A stretch of DNA of 64,000 nt. Source: Chiloscyllium plagiosum. Taxonomy: Eukaryota. Under the pieces are notes generated by a model. That model was not told where the DNA came from. It worked only from the letters and a program-made list of their open reading frames with translations, and did not search any database. How positions within the stretch are numbered: position 1 is the first letter of the stretch; each line of letters opens with the position of its first letter. A program made the position numbers and the translations under genes. Below are positions 37,897 through 50,149 of this stretch, one piece after another. The stretch is taken from the NCBI RefSeq assembly GCF_004010195.1, contig NC_057741.1:8180661-8244660 (forward strand). Reading direction: 5' to 3'.

Positions 37897-38116
37897 AGCT
37901 GAAAAATGTGTTGCTGGAAAAGTGCAGCAGGTCATGCAGCATCCAAGGAGCAGGAGAATCGACGTTTCGGGCGTAAGCCCTTCTTCATTACTGAACGAAA
38001 CTTCTGCCCGAAACGTCGATTATCCTGCTCCTTGGATGCTGCCTGACCTGCTGCGCTTTTCCAGCAACACATTTTTCAGCTCTGATCTCCAGCATCTGCA
38101 GTCCTCACTTTCTCCT
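37897..38116. mobile_element. Palindromic PLE mini-element (family A)
   Basis: TSD agtaaag(g/a)attcag at 37883-37896 and 38117-38130. Confidence 0.88.
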
Positions 38117-38699
38117 AGTAAAGAATTCAGCCCTGGAATTATTGTTTGCGATATTGTAGGCTTTTCAAATTAAGGTGATGATTTTAAGCTCTCCCACTGG
38201 TGGCTTTGAAGACAGGGATGTACATCAAATCTGGTCCTTACTGTTCCCGGCACCAACCCATCACCCCCGTAACTAAACAGTGGACAGGGGAGTTGCTATG
38301 TGGCCCACATGCCTCTCTTTGTCCCATTGAGGCCATTAGGTAGCTAATTAAAAATCATCTCAGGGCATCAATTCAGCGTTGAGGGTATTATACCTGAATT
38401 ATGAGGAAGACCATACCAAGCAGCAAGTTCTGCAGCTTTAGCTGAGCAGGATAATATTGGGAAAAGTACATGAACCTCTGTTGTAGTCTCCCTGGACAGC
38501 CAAGGTCATCTTCTTTTTACCCATCCTTCCAGTTCGGCCTCTCAAACCCATTCACCCAACTCTCTTCACTGGGGTTACTAGTCTGGCCATGCGCTCCAAT
38601 CCTAGCTGACAGTTATCTTGAAACAATCAGGTTCCAGAATAAAATCTGGCTTGACAGCTCACATGTTTAAGTTTTGTAGTTGGTTACCATGGGAAATAG

Positions 38700-38866
38700 C
38701 TGAAAATGTGTTGCTGGAAAAGCGCAGCAGGTCAGGCAGCATCAAAGGAGCAGGAGAATCGACGCTTCGGGCATGAGCCTGAAGAAGGGCTCATGCCCGA
38801 AACGTTTTTCCAGCAACACATTTTCAGCTCTGATCTCCAGCATCTGCAGTCCTCACTTTCTCCTCC
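38700..38866. mobile_element. Palindromic PLE mini-element (family A)
   Basis: TSD taccatgggaaatag at 38685-38699 and 38867-38881. Confidence 0.88.
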
Positions 38867-38984
38867 TACCATGGGAAATAGTCACTGAAACATATCCAGA
38901 TGCAAGGGTGGTGATGTTCTTTAACAACGTTGTATAAGTTTATTACACAAGCGAAGGAAAACAAACAAACAACTATTTTGTTTT

Positions 38985-40594
38985 GTATATCTCCCTCCCA
39001 GATAATTTCAATGCCTTCTATGCTTGCTTTGAGCAGAATTTCAGCAGAAAGGTAACACCTATTCTGACAAGTCCTGATGAACCTATCCCAACAGTCACTG
39101 CATCAGAGGTCAGATCGGTTTTCCTTCTTGTGAATCCAAGGAAAGCTATAGGACCAGACGAAGTACCAGGCCGTGTACTCAGAGCATGTGCAGATCAACT
39201 GGCAGACGTCTTCTCAAACATCTTCAACCTCTCCCTGCAGTAGGCCACTGTTCCTGCTTGATTCAAGAGGGTCAACATCATCCCTGTGCTTAAGAAGGCT
39301 GGTCATGGCATTAATCAACTCCAGCCTCCCCACTACTCTTGACCCACTCTAATTTACCTATCAGACCAACAGATCCACATCAGATGCCATATCACTTGCC
39401 CATCATTCCTCCCTAGAACATCTTGACACCAAGAACAGCTACATAAGAATCCTATTCATTGACTACAGTTCAGCCTTCAACACCATTATCCCCTCAAGAC
39501 TGATTACTAGACTTAGTGATCTGGGACTAAGCCCCACTCTCTGCAACTGGATCCTCAGTTCCCTGACCCACAGACTACAATCAGTGAAGATTGGGGACAA
39601 TATTTCATCCTCACTAACACTCAACACTGGAGTCCCCCTGGGGTGCACACTCAACCCCCTACTGTACTCACAGAGATGTACAGCACAGAAACAGACCCTT
39701 GGGTCCACTGTATACCTATGACTGCATCGCCAGATACCAGACTCATGCCATTTGCAAGTTCGCTGATGACACCATCATAGTCGATCAAATCTTAGATGGC
39801 GACGAAACAGACTATAGACGGGAGGTGGAAGATGGAGAAATGGTGCACTGAGAACAACCTAGCTCTCAATGATGGAAAAACCAAGGAACTCATTATTGAC
39901 TTTCAGTGGGATGTTACTCATGCCCCCTTAACACATTAACAGCAAAGAGCTAGAACGAGTGAAGAGGGTCAATCTCTTGGGAGTGATCATCCACAACAAG
40001 CTTTCTTGGACTCTTTATGTGGACACACTGGTTACAAAGGCCCAACAATGTCTTTTCTTCCTCAGGCGGCTGAGAAAATTTGGCATGACGGCAAATACCC
40101 TTGCCAACACTTATAGGTGCGCCATCGAGAGCATTCTGTCTGGATGTATCACTACCTACTATGGCAACTGTACTATGCAAGATCGGAGACAGTTACAGAG
40201 AGTGGTGAATTTGGCCTGGGCAATCACAAAGGCCAACCTCCCATTGATAGAATCCATCTAGCAGGCCCGCTGTCAAGGAACGGCCGCCAGCATTTGCAAA
40301 GATCCATCCTAGCCTGGCAATGTTTTTCTATAATCTCTACCATCGGGGAGAAGGTACAGAAGCCTGAACACACACACCAGCCAGTTTCGAAACAGTTTCT
40401 ATCCTACTGTAGTTAGAATACTGAATGGACTCTTAATATTCACCTGTACCTGTGTTTTTGTTTCTGCTGCTGTTTACCTATTATTTACATATCAATGCTA
40501 CTTTACTCTGTGATCTGCCTGTATTGCTCCTAAGACAAAGCTCTTCACTGTGCCTCGGAACACATGACAATAAATTAAATTCAACTCAATTCAA
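38985..40594 (+). mobile_element. Rex1/Babar LINE 3' part with a ~36-bp CR1 tail inserted at ~39669-39705
   Basis: LPDNFNAFYACFE, RKAIGPD.VPGRVLRACADQLA, FFLRRLRKF, AIESILSGCIT; caataaa plus (ttcaa)n tail. Confidence 0.88.
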
Positions 40595-40625
40595 TATAAT
40601 ATGTGAAACAAGCTCAGATGACCGT

Positions 40626-40933
40626 GGGTGGCACGGTGGCTCAGTGGTTAGCACTGCTACCTCACAGCAGCAGAGTCCTGGGTTTGATTCCCGCCTGTCT
40701 GTGTGGAGTTTGCACATTCTCCCCGTATCTGCGTGGGTTTCCTCTGGGTGCTCTGGTTTCCTCCCACAATCCAAAGATGTGCAGGCCAGGTGAATTGGAC
40801 ATGCTAAATTCCCCACAGTTTTAGGTGTGTTAGTCAGAGGAAAATATAGGGTAGGGGAATGGGTTTGGGTGGGTTGCTCTTCGGAGGGATGGTGTGGACT
40901 TGTTGGGCCGAAGGGCCTGTTTCCATACTGTAG
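40626..40933 (+). mobile_element. HE1-type V-SINE
   Basis: A/B boxes, V-domain, CR1-like tail. Confidence 0.9.
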
Positions 40934-41329
40934 ACGATAGTAACTGATTTCCCAGAATTAGAACTTGATCTTGCTAGGACAAAAATAAGACTTGCCCCTG
41001 AACTGAATTCCTAATTCTTCCGAACTGAGACCTTAAACCTCTTGTTCTGAAGTCAAAATTAAACTAATGGCCTTGATGCATTTATACTAACTTTTCAATC
41101 GATATCTTTTGTTTTCCTGCCACACACCTATCTGCAATGTGATGCTTGCTTGGAACTGATAGATTTTGGTCACTGTTCCAAATTATTTCCTGACCTGTTT
41201 TTTTAAAAAAGAAAATTACCTTAGCTGAACTGACTAACATCTATCTGCCTCTATTTGGAAATACCAATCTCAAATCAGGTATAATGTATACATTGCACAC
41301 ATTTCCACACATTGGCAACCTCCCAAAGA

Positions 41330-41608
41330 TCAGAAGTAGGAGCAAAAGTGTGCCACTCCCCATCGAGTCAGCGAGCACGACCATTCAATGAGAACATGGC
41401 TGACTTGATAATCTTCAACTCCATTTTCTTGTCTATTCCCCATAAGCTTTGATTCCCTTACTGATTAAAAATCAGTCCATCTCAGCCTTGAATATACTTA
41501 ACCACCCAACTCAACAGCCCTGTGGTAAAGAGGTCCACAGATTCAGAACTCTCATCTCTGTCTTAAACGTGCGATTCTTTATTCTGTAACTATACCCACT
41601 GGTCCTCC
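41330..41608 (-). mobile_element. CR1 3' end fragment
   Basis: Reverse complement resembles 32720-33015. Confidence 0.65.
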
Positions 41609-41611
41609 ATT

Positions 41612-43547
41612 AGACAGGATATATTGAGTGAATCTTTAGAGTATAAAGGCAGTAGGAGTATACTTAAAAGGGAAATCAGGAGGGCATAAAGGGAACATGA
41701 GATAGCTTTGGCAAATAGGGTTAAGGAGAATCCAAAGTGGTTTTACAAATACATTAAGGGCAAAAGGGTAACTAGGGAGAGAATAGGGTCCCTCAAAGAT
41801 CTGCAAGGCGGCCTTTGTGTGGAGTTGCAGGAGTTGGGTGAGATATTAAACAAGTATTTTGCATCAGTATTTACTCTGGAAAAGGATGTGGAAGATATAG
41901 AATGTAAGAAAATAGATGGTGACATCTTGCAAAATGTCCAGATTACAGAGGAGGAAGTGCTGGATGTCTTGACATTCATAAAAGTGGATAAATCCCTAGG
42001 ACCTGATCAGATGCACCCTAAAGCTCTGTGGGAAGCTAGAGAAGTGATTGCTGGGTCTTTTACTGAGATATTTGTATCATTGATATTCACAGGTGAGGTG
42101 CTGGAAGACTGGAGGTTGGCTAATGTAGTGCCACTGTTTAAGAAAGATGGTGAGGACAAGCCAGGGAACTATGCACCAATGAGCCTGATGTCGGTGGTGG
42201 GCAAGTTGTTGGAGGGAATCCTGAGGGACAGAATGTACATGTATTTGGAAAGGCAAGGACAGATTAGGGATAGTCAATATGGCTTTGTGCGTGGGAAATC
42301 ACGTCTCACAAACTTGATTGAGTTTTTTGAAGAAGTAACAAAGAGGATTGATGTGGGCAGAGTGGTAGATGTGATCTATATGGAAATCAGTAAGGCATTC
42401 GACAAGGTTCCCCATGGGAGACTGGTTAGCAAGATTAGATCTCATGGAATACAGGGAGAACTCGCCATTTGGATACAGAACTGCTCAAAGGTAGAAGACA
42501 GAGGGTGGTGGTGGAGGGTTGTTTTTCAATCTGGAGGCCTGTAACCAGTGGAGTGCCACAAGGATCGGTGCTGGGTCCACTACTTTTCATCACTTATATA
42601 AATGATTTGGATGTGAGCATAAGAGGTATAGTTAGTAAGTTTGCAGATGACACCAAAATTGGAGGTGTAGTGGACAGTGAAGAAAGTTATCTCAGATTAC
42701 AACAGGATCTTGATCAGATGGGCCGATGGGCTGAAGAGTGGCAGATGGAGTTTAATTTAGATAAATGTGAGGTGCTGCATTTTGGGAAAGCAAATCTTAG
42801 CAGAACTTATACACTTAATGGTAAGATTCTGGGGAATGTTGCTGAACAAAGAGACTTTGGAGTGCAGGTTCATAGCTCCTTGAAAGTGGAGTCACAGGTA
42901 GATAAGATAGTGAAGAAGGCGTTGGTATGCTTTTCTTTATTGGCCAGAGTATTGCATACAGGAGTTGGGAGGTCATGTTGCGGATGTACAGGACATTGGT
43001 TAGGCCACTGTTGGAATATTGCGTGCAGTTCTGGTCTCCTTCCTATCAGTAAGATTTTGTAAAACTTGAAAGGGTTCAGAAAAAAGTTACAAGGATGTTG
43101 CCAGGGTTGGAGGCTTTGAGCTACAGGGAGGGGTTGAATAAGCTGGGGCTGTTTTCCCTGGAGCATCGGAGGTTGAGGGGTGACCTTATCAAGGTTTATA
43201 AAATCATGAGGGGCATGGATAGGTTAAATAGACAAAATCTTTTCCCTGGGGTGGGGGAGTTTAGGGTGAGAGAGGAAAGATATAAAAGAGACCTAAGGGG
43301 AAATTTTATGCGCAGAGGGTGGTACGTGTATGGAATGAGCTGCCAGAGGAAGTGGTGTAGGTTAGTACCATTGCAACATTTAAAAGCATCTGGATGGATA
43401 TATGAATAGGAAGGGTTTGGAGGGATATGGGCCGGGTGCTGGCAGGTGGGACTAGATTGGGTTGGGATATCTGGTTGGCATGGATACGTTGGACTGAAGG
43501 ATCTGTTTCTGTGCTGTACATCTTCTATGACTTTCCTATGACTCTAT
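41612..43547 (+). mobile_element. CR1 LINE ORF2 3' part
   Basis: [24 protein letters not shown]; (ctatga)n tail. Confidence 0.93.
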
Positions 43548-43869
43548 TCTGGCTCCTTGTAGTGGAATTGCTTGTAGTACCAGTAGTAGCCACCAATCCC
43601 AGTGGCATTGTGACATCTGTGGGAGAGGCAGACATCATTGAGCAGACTTTTTAGCAGGGACTGGGGCACCCTATTTAATCTAGCTTATTCTTCTTGAAGC
43701 TTTTTATAGAGAAAAGGCACGAAAAAAAAATCCTGAGACCGCTCCTGCATTGCAGACTTTATCTCCCACCGAGCCTGGTTGCAGTCTGATTGATGAGGTT
43801 TCTGCTGTAAATAAAATAACAGCAGCCAAGCAGCTAGGAATAAATTTGGAACAAATCTCTATCACTTCT

Positions 43870-46300
43870 TAATTCATTCATTGCATGTGGATGTCAGTGG
43901 TAAGGCCAGCGTTTACTTTTCATGCCTACGGCTGTGGTAATTCATTTGGCAAATGTACACCCACAGTATTGTTGAGTAGAGAGTTGCATGATTTTAATCC
44001 AAAGACAATGAAAAATGACAATATATTGGCCAGTTGTCGCAGTACATCTTGCAGATGGTGAACATTACAGCCATGTCGCATCAGTGGTGGAAAGAATGTT
44101 TGTACATGTTTAATGTTCTGGACGAGGTGCCAATCAATTTTTATTCGAAATGATACTTAGCTTTGAGAGTATTGTTAAAGCTACTTTCATCCAGGAATTG
44201 GAGAGTATTCCATATTCCGTGACTTCTGGTTTGTAATGAGTGGAAAGGTTTTGAGGAATCAGGGCCTCAAATCACTCACTGCAACATTCCCATCCTATCA
44301 CTATGTAACTAATGTATTTATGTCATTTGTAGATTTAAAGTTTTGGTCATGGGTGAATCACAAGCTATTGATGATAGAGCTATCCTATAAAAGGATTGTT
44401 GATTGACAGTTGTGTAACACAAGTGTTACTTCATAGAATTATAGAATTCCCTACAGTGTGAAAGCAGCTTTTCAGCCCATTGTGTCCACCCTGACTTTCC
44501 TTACCTAGATTAACCACTCGACCCTATCCCTGTAACCAACATTTCCTATGACTAATCCACCTAATCTGCACATACCTGGCCAGATTTACTTGACCAATCC
44601 ACCTAACCTGTACATCTTTTAGTGCTAATGAGCATCTGAGTCATCCTGAAAGTTTTGCTGCAGACAAACTTGGAATGCGTCATTATCTAAGGAACTGTAA
44701 ATATTACTGAATACTGGGCATGCATCAACACATACCACCATGTCTGACCTGAGGTGGAGGGAAGGTTAGTGCAAAGTCATTTTGCTTCGGATGCTCATTA
44801 GCTCTAAAATTACCATTGTTCTTTATGATGAGCTGTGTCTAGTTAATGGAGAGTTTTCCTTTAATCTTTATTGATGTTACTGTTTGGTTCCTTACACAGT
44901 GCATTGCTGCCTTGATATCGGGAAGAGTTACTCTCATGTCACTACTGAAATCATTTCTTCTGTTTATATTTATGAAGTGAGGTTATTATGAAAGTAAACA
45001 ATGCCTAGTTAAATGCAAATGGAGCATTAGTTAGCAGTTTATGAGTGATTAAATGCTGTTGTATAACCCTGACTATGAAATATTTCATTACTTTGCTGAT
45101 GATTTAGCACGTGTCAAAGGGTTAGTATTTGGTTAAATGGATTTTTCCATTTTTTTATAGATAGGACATAGCTGAGCAGTTTTTCACTTTGTTGAGTAGA
45201 TTCAGTTTTGTAGCTGTACTCAAACAGTTTACGATAGGTGGGACTAGTTCTGGAACACAAAGCTTTGGCACAACTGGCATAATGTCAGGGCCCATAACTG
45301 TAGCTGTAACAATTATTTCTTGTGTGGAACAAAATTTAATTTAGTTGAGACTGCCTTGAACATGGAAGTGTTGGTATCTGCCCTTGTCACTGTCCATGAA
45401 GATTTTTGTGGTATTTAATTATCCACCACCATTCATGATTGAATGTTACAAGTTGGCAGAGATTTAATCTGATCCAGTCCTGTGGGGAGACTGAGCTCTA
45501 TCTGTGTAATTCGGTTTTCACTGTTTAAAATATATGTAGTTCCATATTGTGACCGTATCAGTTTGGTACCTGTTTTAAACTTTGCCTAGTATTGATGGCA
45601 TGCTCTTCTATACTTCACATTGATGCAGGGTTGGTGGTTGGTAGACGGGGAGATTTATCAGTTCATTCAGTTTAAATTATCATCGAATACAGTCCAATGT
45701 GCTGTTGTTGTTTGTCCAAAGCATCTCATTAATGGTTAGTTTTGCATTGTTTGATCTTTTCTGACTTAATTCTAGTTAGTCCTTGGTGGAGCTATGTGAA
45801 AAAAGATATTAGATTAGATTCCCTACAGTGTGGAAACAGGCCCTTCGGCCCAACCAGTCCATGCCGACCCTTCGAAGAGTAACCCACACAGACCCACTTC
45901 CCGTCTGACTAATGCACCTAACACTGTGGGCAATTTAGCATGGCCAATTCACCTAATCCACACATCTTTGGACTGTGGGAGGAAACCCACGCAGACACAG
46001 GGAGAATGTGCAAACTCCACACAGACAGTCGCCCGAGGCTGGAATCGAACCTGGGACCCTGGTGCTGTGAGGCAGCAGTGCTAACCACTGAGCCACCATT
46101 GTTCTCCACATGGGCTTTTTATTGCCAATCCTACCAGTGGGCCTCATGGATAAAGACAGGTAGATTGAGGATGAAGCAAAGTAGGTTATTCCTTCATGTT
46201 GGTTCACTCACCATCTACCACGAGTAGTCTGCCAGTGATGTTGTTCAGTGTACTGTCAGTATTTGTGCTACTAAGCCAGTTTTGATGGAGAACATAGAAT
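43870..46300 (-). mobile_element. Very old L2/CR1-group LINE with HE1 SINEs inserted (44432-44620, 45808-46101)
   Basis: Starts with a (ttca)n tail; similar to 5780-7010. Confidence 0.6.
45808..46101 (-). mobile_element. HE1-type V-SINE
   Basis: A/B boxes, (attag)n tail. Confidence 0.9.
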
Positions 46301-46614
46301 CTGGTGAATGCATTGATGTTGAGTGTCTGCCCTTATTTTTTAGCTTTTTTTTCTGTCAATTATGTGAATCTTTCATGGTTCTTCAAATTCTGCTGGCAGG
46401 TGCTGCTCTCAGCTGGAGTGACTATGCATTCAGTCGATTTAGGGCGCATTAGGGAGGAGCTGCTGTGCCCCTGCACTTGCTAGTAGTAAGCCCCGGCATA
46501 TAATTATCCTGTCTCTGAGATAGAGAATGGGATCTCCAGCCTGGGGCTGGGTCAAATTGAGGACCTCGCTCGTCATCTGCTTTTCACACAAACATAAATG
46601 ATCCCTTGGCACTA

Positions 46615-47522
46615 CAGGTAGTTACGTTGCTGTTTGACACCGTATTATAAAGAAAATCACACAATATAAAGAATGGGGCCTAACAGGGTTAGTGGTAAAC
46701 CACCAAAAATATCAGTAAATGTGGAAACAAAAATAGTTGTTAGCTTAACACAAATGATAGCACAGTCTAAGTAAATCTTTAGATCATATATTTTAGTGAA
46801 ATAATAAAGTAAATGTAACACTTTAACACTAAAATCACTGACTACAGCACCATATCTTTCATGAAGCTCTTCAGCAGAAAGCATGCGAGCTGACTGACTA
46901 CATGATTAGATTAGATTCCCTACAATGTGGAAACAGGCCCTTCGGCTCAACCAGTCCACACCGACCCTCTGAAGAGTAACCCACACAGACCCATTTCCCT
47001 CTGACTAATTGACCTAACAGTATGGGCAATTTAACATGGCCAATTCACCTGCCCGGCACATCTTTGGACAGTAGGAGGAAACCGGAGGAAACCCATGCAG
47101 ACACGGGGAGAATGTGCAAACTCCACGCAGACAGTCACCCGAGACTGGGATCGAACCTGGGACCCTGGCGCTGTGAGGCAGCAGTGCTAACCACTGAGCC
47201 ACCGTGCTGATGCGGAAATCCAGTCCTCCTCAAGATTCTCTCCCCAGTTTGAAACAGAGTTCTGTTTAAATGTAGACTACAATTCCCAGTTTCATGCTAA
47301 GTTTCAAGGCCAGCAGAGCTGATTGCATTCCTGTTTTAGCTGAACACCCTGAATTTGCATTTTGCAGACAGAGGATCCTGACACTGGGTTTTGCTGTTCT
47401 GCCTGGGATGGAATTGCACAGCAGCGAACGGGAGTTTGATTTATAAAAAAAGGTCCACAATTCACAAATCGTGTTACAGTCGAATCACGTTTAATAAATG
47501 GGTCTTATAGGAGAACTACCTG
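46615..47522. mobile_element. Tc1/mariner-type (Tigger/pogo-like) MITE
   Basis: TA-CAGGTAGTT (46615-46623) ... AACTACCTG-TA (47514-47522). Confidence 0.7.
46904..47208 (-). mobile_element. HE1-type V-SINE
   Basis: A/B boxes, (attag)n tail. Confidence 0.9.
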
Positions 47523-47548
47523 TATTTTAAAGCATAACAGTTCTCCAG

Positions 47549-48889
47549 GAATAAATACAGAAAAATGCTGGAAATGCTCAGTGATCTGGCAGCTGTGGAA
47601 TGAGAATCAGAATTAGCAGGTGACATGTAGTGTCGGCAATGGATTCTTACTGAACTTGCTCCAGAATCCCATGTTGCCTTTTTTTAGGAAGGCCTATCCC
47701 AATAAGCACTGACATGAAGAGCAGCAGGGATCAAAGACCCCAAAGTGCACATCCTGTCTGACAGGAGCTGCTAGCCAATCAGAGGCAAGGTATTTATACT
47801 GCAGACAGAACCACCGGGAGACCAGTGGCTGTTGCTGGGACCACCTGACGCTCAGAATGGCTGAGGGATCCAGGCCACAGGTGATGATGATGGGCAGGTG
47901 ATTGTGGAGAGATTGTGCTTGGGGTAGTGAATGGCTGTCAATGGCCTCCCACTTTCTGATGCTGGGTCTCTCAAACAGTGCCTTTGATCCCACCTCAAAA
48001 GTCTGCAAATAACCCTGACAGGAATTAGGTCCTTAGTGAATCTACAAGCATGACTCCAATTTGCAGAGAACTGCCATTTTAATTCTCCATTTGGCTCTCA
48101 TACTAATATTCTGTCCTCAGCCTAATGCCCTGTCCCAGTGAAGCTTAATGTAAGCTTAATGAACAGCATCTCTTCTTTCGATTAAAGCATTTTGCAGTAT
48201 TTCCCAGAACAACTTGCTTCCAACTTTTTGTAAGTTTTGTTTTTGCCTCTTAATTTTGATGTCAGAGAGTTGGTACCTCCATTACCTCACACACTTGAGG
48301 GATTGTCTGTGTGGAGTTTGCAGATTCTCTCTGAGTCTGTGTGGGCTTTTTCCAGGTACTCCGGTTACCTCCCATATTCCAAAATTGTGCATCCTAGGTG
48401 GATTGGCTATGCTAAATTGCCCATAGCATCCAAGGATGTGCAGGCTAGGTGGATTAGCCATGGAATATGCAGCATTACAGGAATAGGGTGGCTCTTGGGT
48501 GAGTGGGGGAGCGGTTATCTTCAGAGGGTGAGTGTGGACTCATTGGGCCAAATAGCCTGCTTCCACACTCTAGGGTATCCATGATTTTGTTTAGTTCTTT
48601 TCTTGCCCCATCGTCATTTCCTTTGGCCCATTTAGAATATCTCTGTTAATCAATCATTCATGTCTTCAATGCTATTAATGGTATACCCTCTCTTTTTCCA
48701 CTCTTCCCATCCCTCCATGGCTTAAACTCTATTCCATTTCTTAATTTTCTCAGCTCTGATGAGAGATGTTTTGCCTGAAATTTAACTCTTTTTCTCTCCA
48801 CAAATGTTGCCAGACCTGTTGAATCTTTCCAGCATTTTCTATTCTTATTTCAGAGTCTCAGTGTTTGCCATTTTCTGATTTTTTTTTGC
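47549..48889. mobile_element. Old inverted PLE remnant containing a MITE-like piece and a partial HE1 SINE (48296-48586)
   Basis: gaaaaatgctggaa (47560) versus ttccagcattttc (48827); aagcttaatgaacagcatctc GIY-YIG tail trace. Confidence 0.55.
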
Positions 48890-50149
48890 TTAGGGGTCCT
48901 GGCTAATTTTTATTCCTCAACCTATGTGACTAAAACATAATTCACTGCAATTTGTGGAAGTTTTTTTGTGGTCAAATTGACCTCTGCATTTCCCTACATT
49001 TCAATGGACATTTCAAAAGAAACTAACTTTAAATTGTGGAAGTCAAGATCATAAAGCTTACTTTGCAAATGTATGTTCTTTCTTTTAATGTCTTTATTCA
49101 GTAGAGAAAATACAGCACTCTCAAACCTTAACCTGTTTCTCCTGTCTACTGGTTTTTGTGTATGATCCAGATTTATAATTGGCTTCATTGCTTTAAACCA
49201 ACGCAACTGGAAAAGAGATTTTGTCATTAATTTGGGACGCCAATCATATACTCATATTTCACAAGAAAGGATCTGGAAAATTCTTTCTGTATGAATGAAA
49301 AGAGAAGGTCATACATCATTTTTGGCAAGAGATAATGTCCCACAAAGTAATGCATTCCACTACAATTTAGTTGTGTTATATATTTGTGTTATGTTACATA
49401 CTTAGAGTGAGCAATGGTCTTCACACCTGTGACCATTTGTGTTCTGCTTGACTCATTGCCATGTATTTACCCTTTCATTCCCCATCACCATTTGATGACA
49501 GAGAGGGAGCAATTGAGCAGTGCAGAAATTAAGCCAAATACAGGAATCCTCTATCAAATATACATCTCCAACCCCTCAAAGGCAATTATATGAAACCATT
49601 GTGGCTCTAAGGATTATATATAACTAGAAGTCATCATTTTTAAAAAATGGATGGATGGTTGTGTTAAATTGAATAACGTAATGTAATGCAGAAATTAGAA
49701 GAAATTGTGGCCATCAGTAAATGGATGCATATGCTGATTGCAACTGATGCTCCAGAGTACCAAATCTAATTCATTGAGCTGGATGACATGATCTGTTTTA
49801 GGTTCGTATGCAAAAGCTATGGGATGGAAAGTGAGTGAAAGGGAAAGATGCTTAGAATTCCAGAGAAAGACATTGAACAAACACTGTACTAAGAAACATC
49901 TGGTATTTTTTGTATATGGGAGGCAATGTCCACAGAAATGACAACATGCTGTGGACTAATCCTAACCTTCTATAAGGAAATGCTGATGAGATAAAATGTG
50001 GACCATTGACTATTGAATTACCTCATCGGATTTAATACCTGGAAATTGAATGGACTCAAATGGTTTTGAAAAGGGATCAAAAACAGATTTAAAATGGTCA
50101 CAGACGTCACCTGATCTGTGCAAGTTGGTGAAGTTTCAAGAAACTGACA

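Larger units (their letters stand above)
46555..49086 (+). mobile_element. DeuSINE split by nested insertions (pieces ~46555-46614, 47523-47548, 48890-49086)
   Basis: gatcccttggcacta | ttttaaagc..gttctcc | gtcctggctaat..ttccctacatt..ttctttctttt follows the Deu consensus order. Confidence 0.6.

Noticed and set aside
11800-47208. tRNA genes at the HE1 SINE heads
   Set aside because: The A/B boxes belong to tRNA-derived SINEs with a V-domain and LINE tail; no complete cloverleaf was seen.
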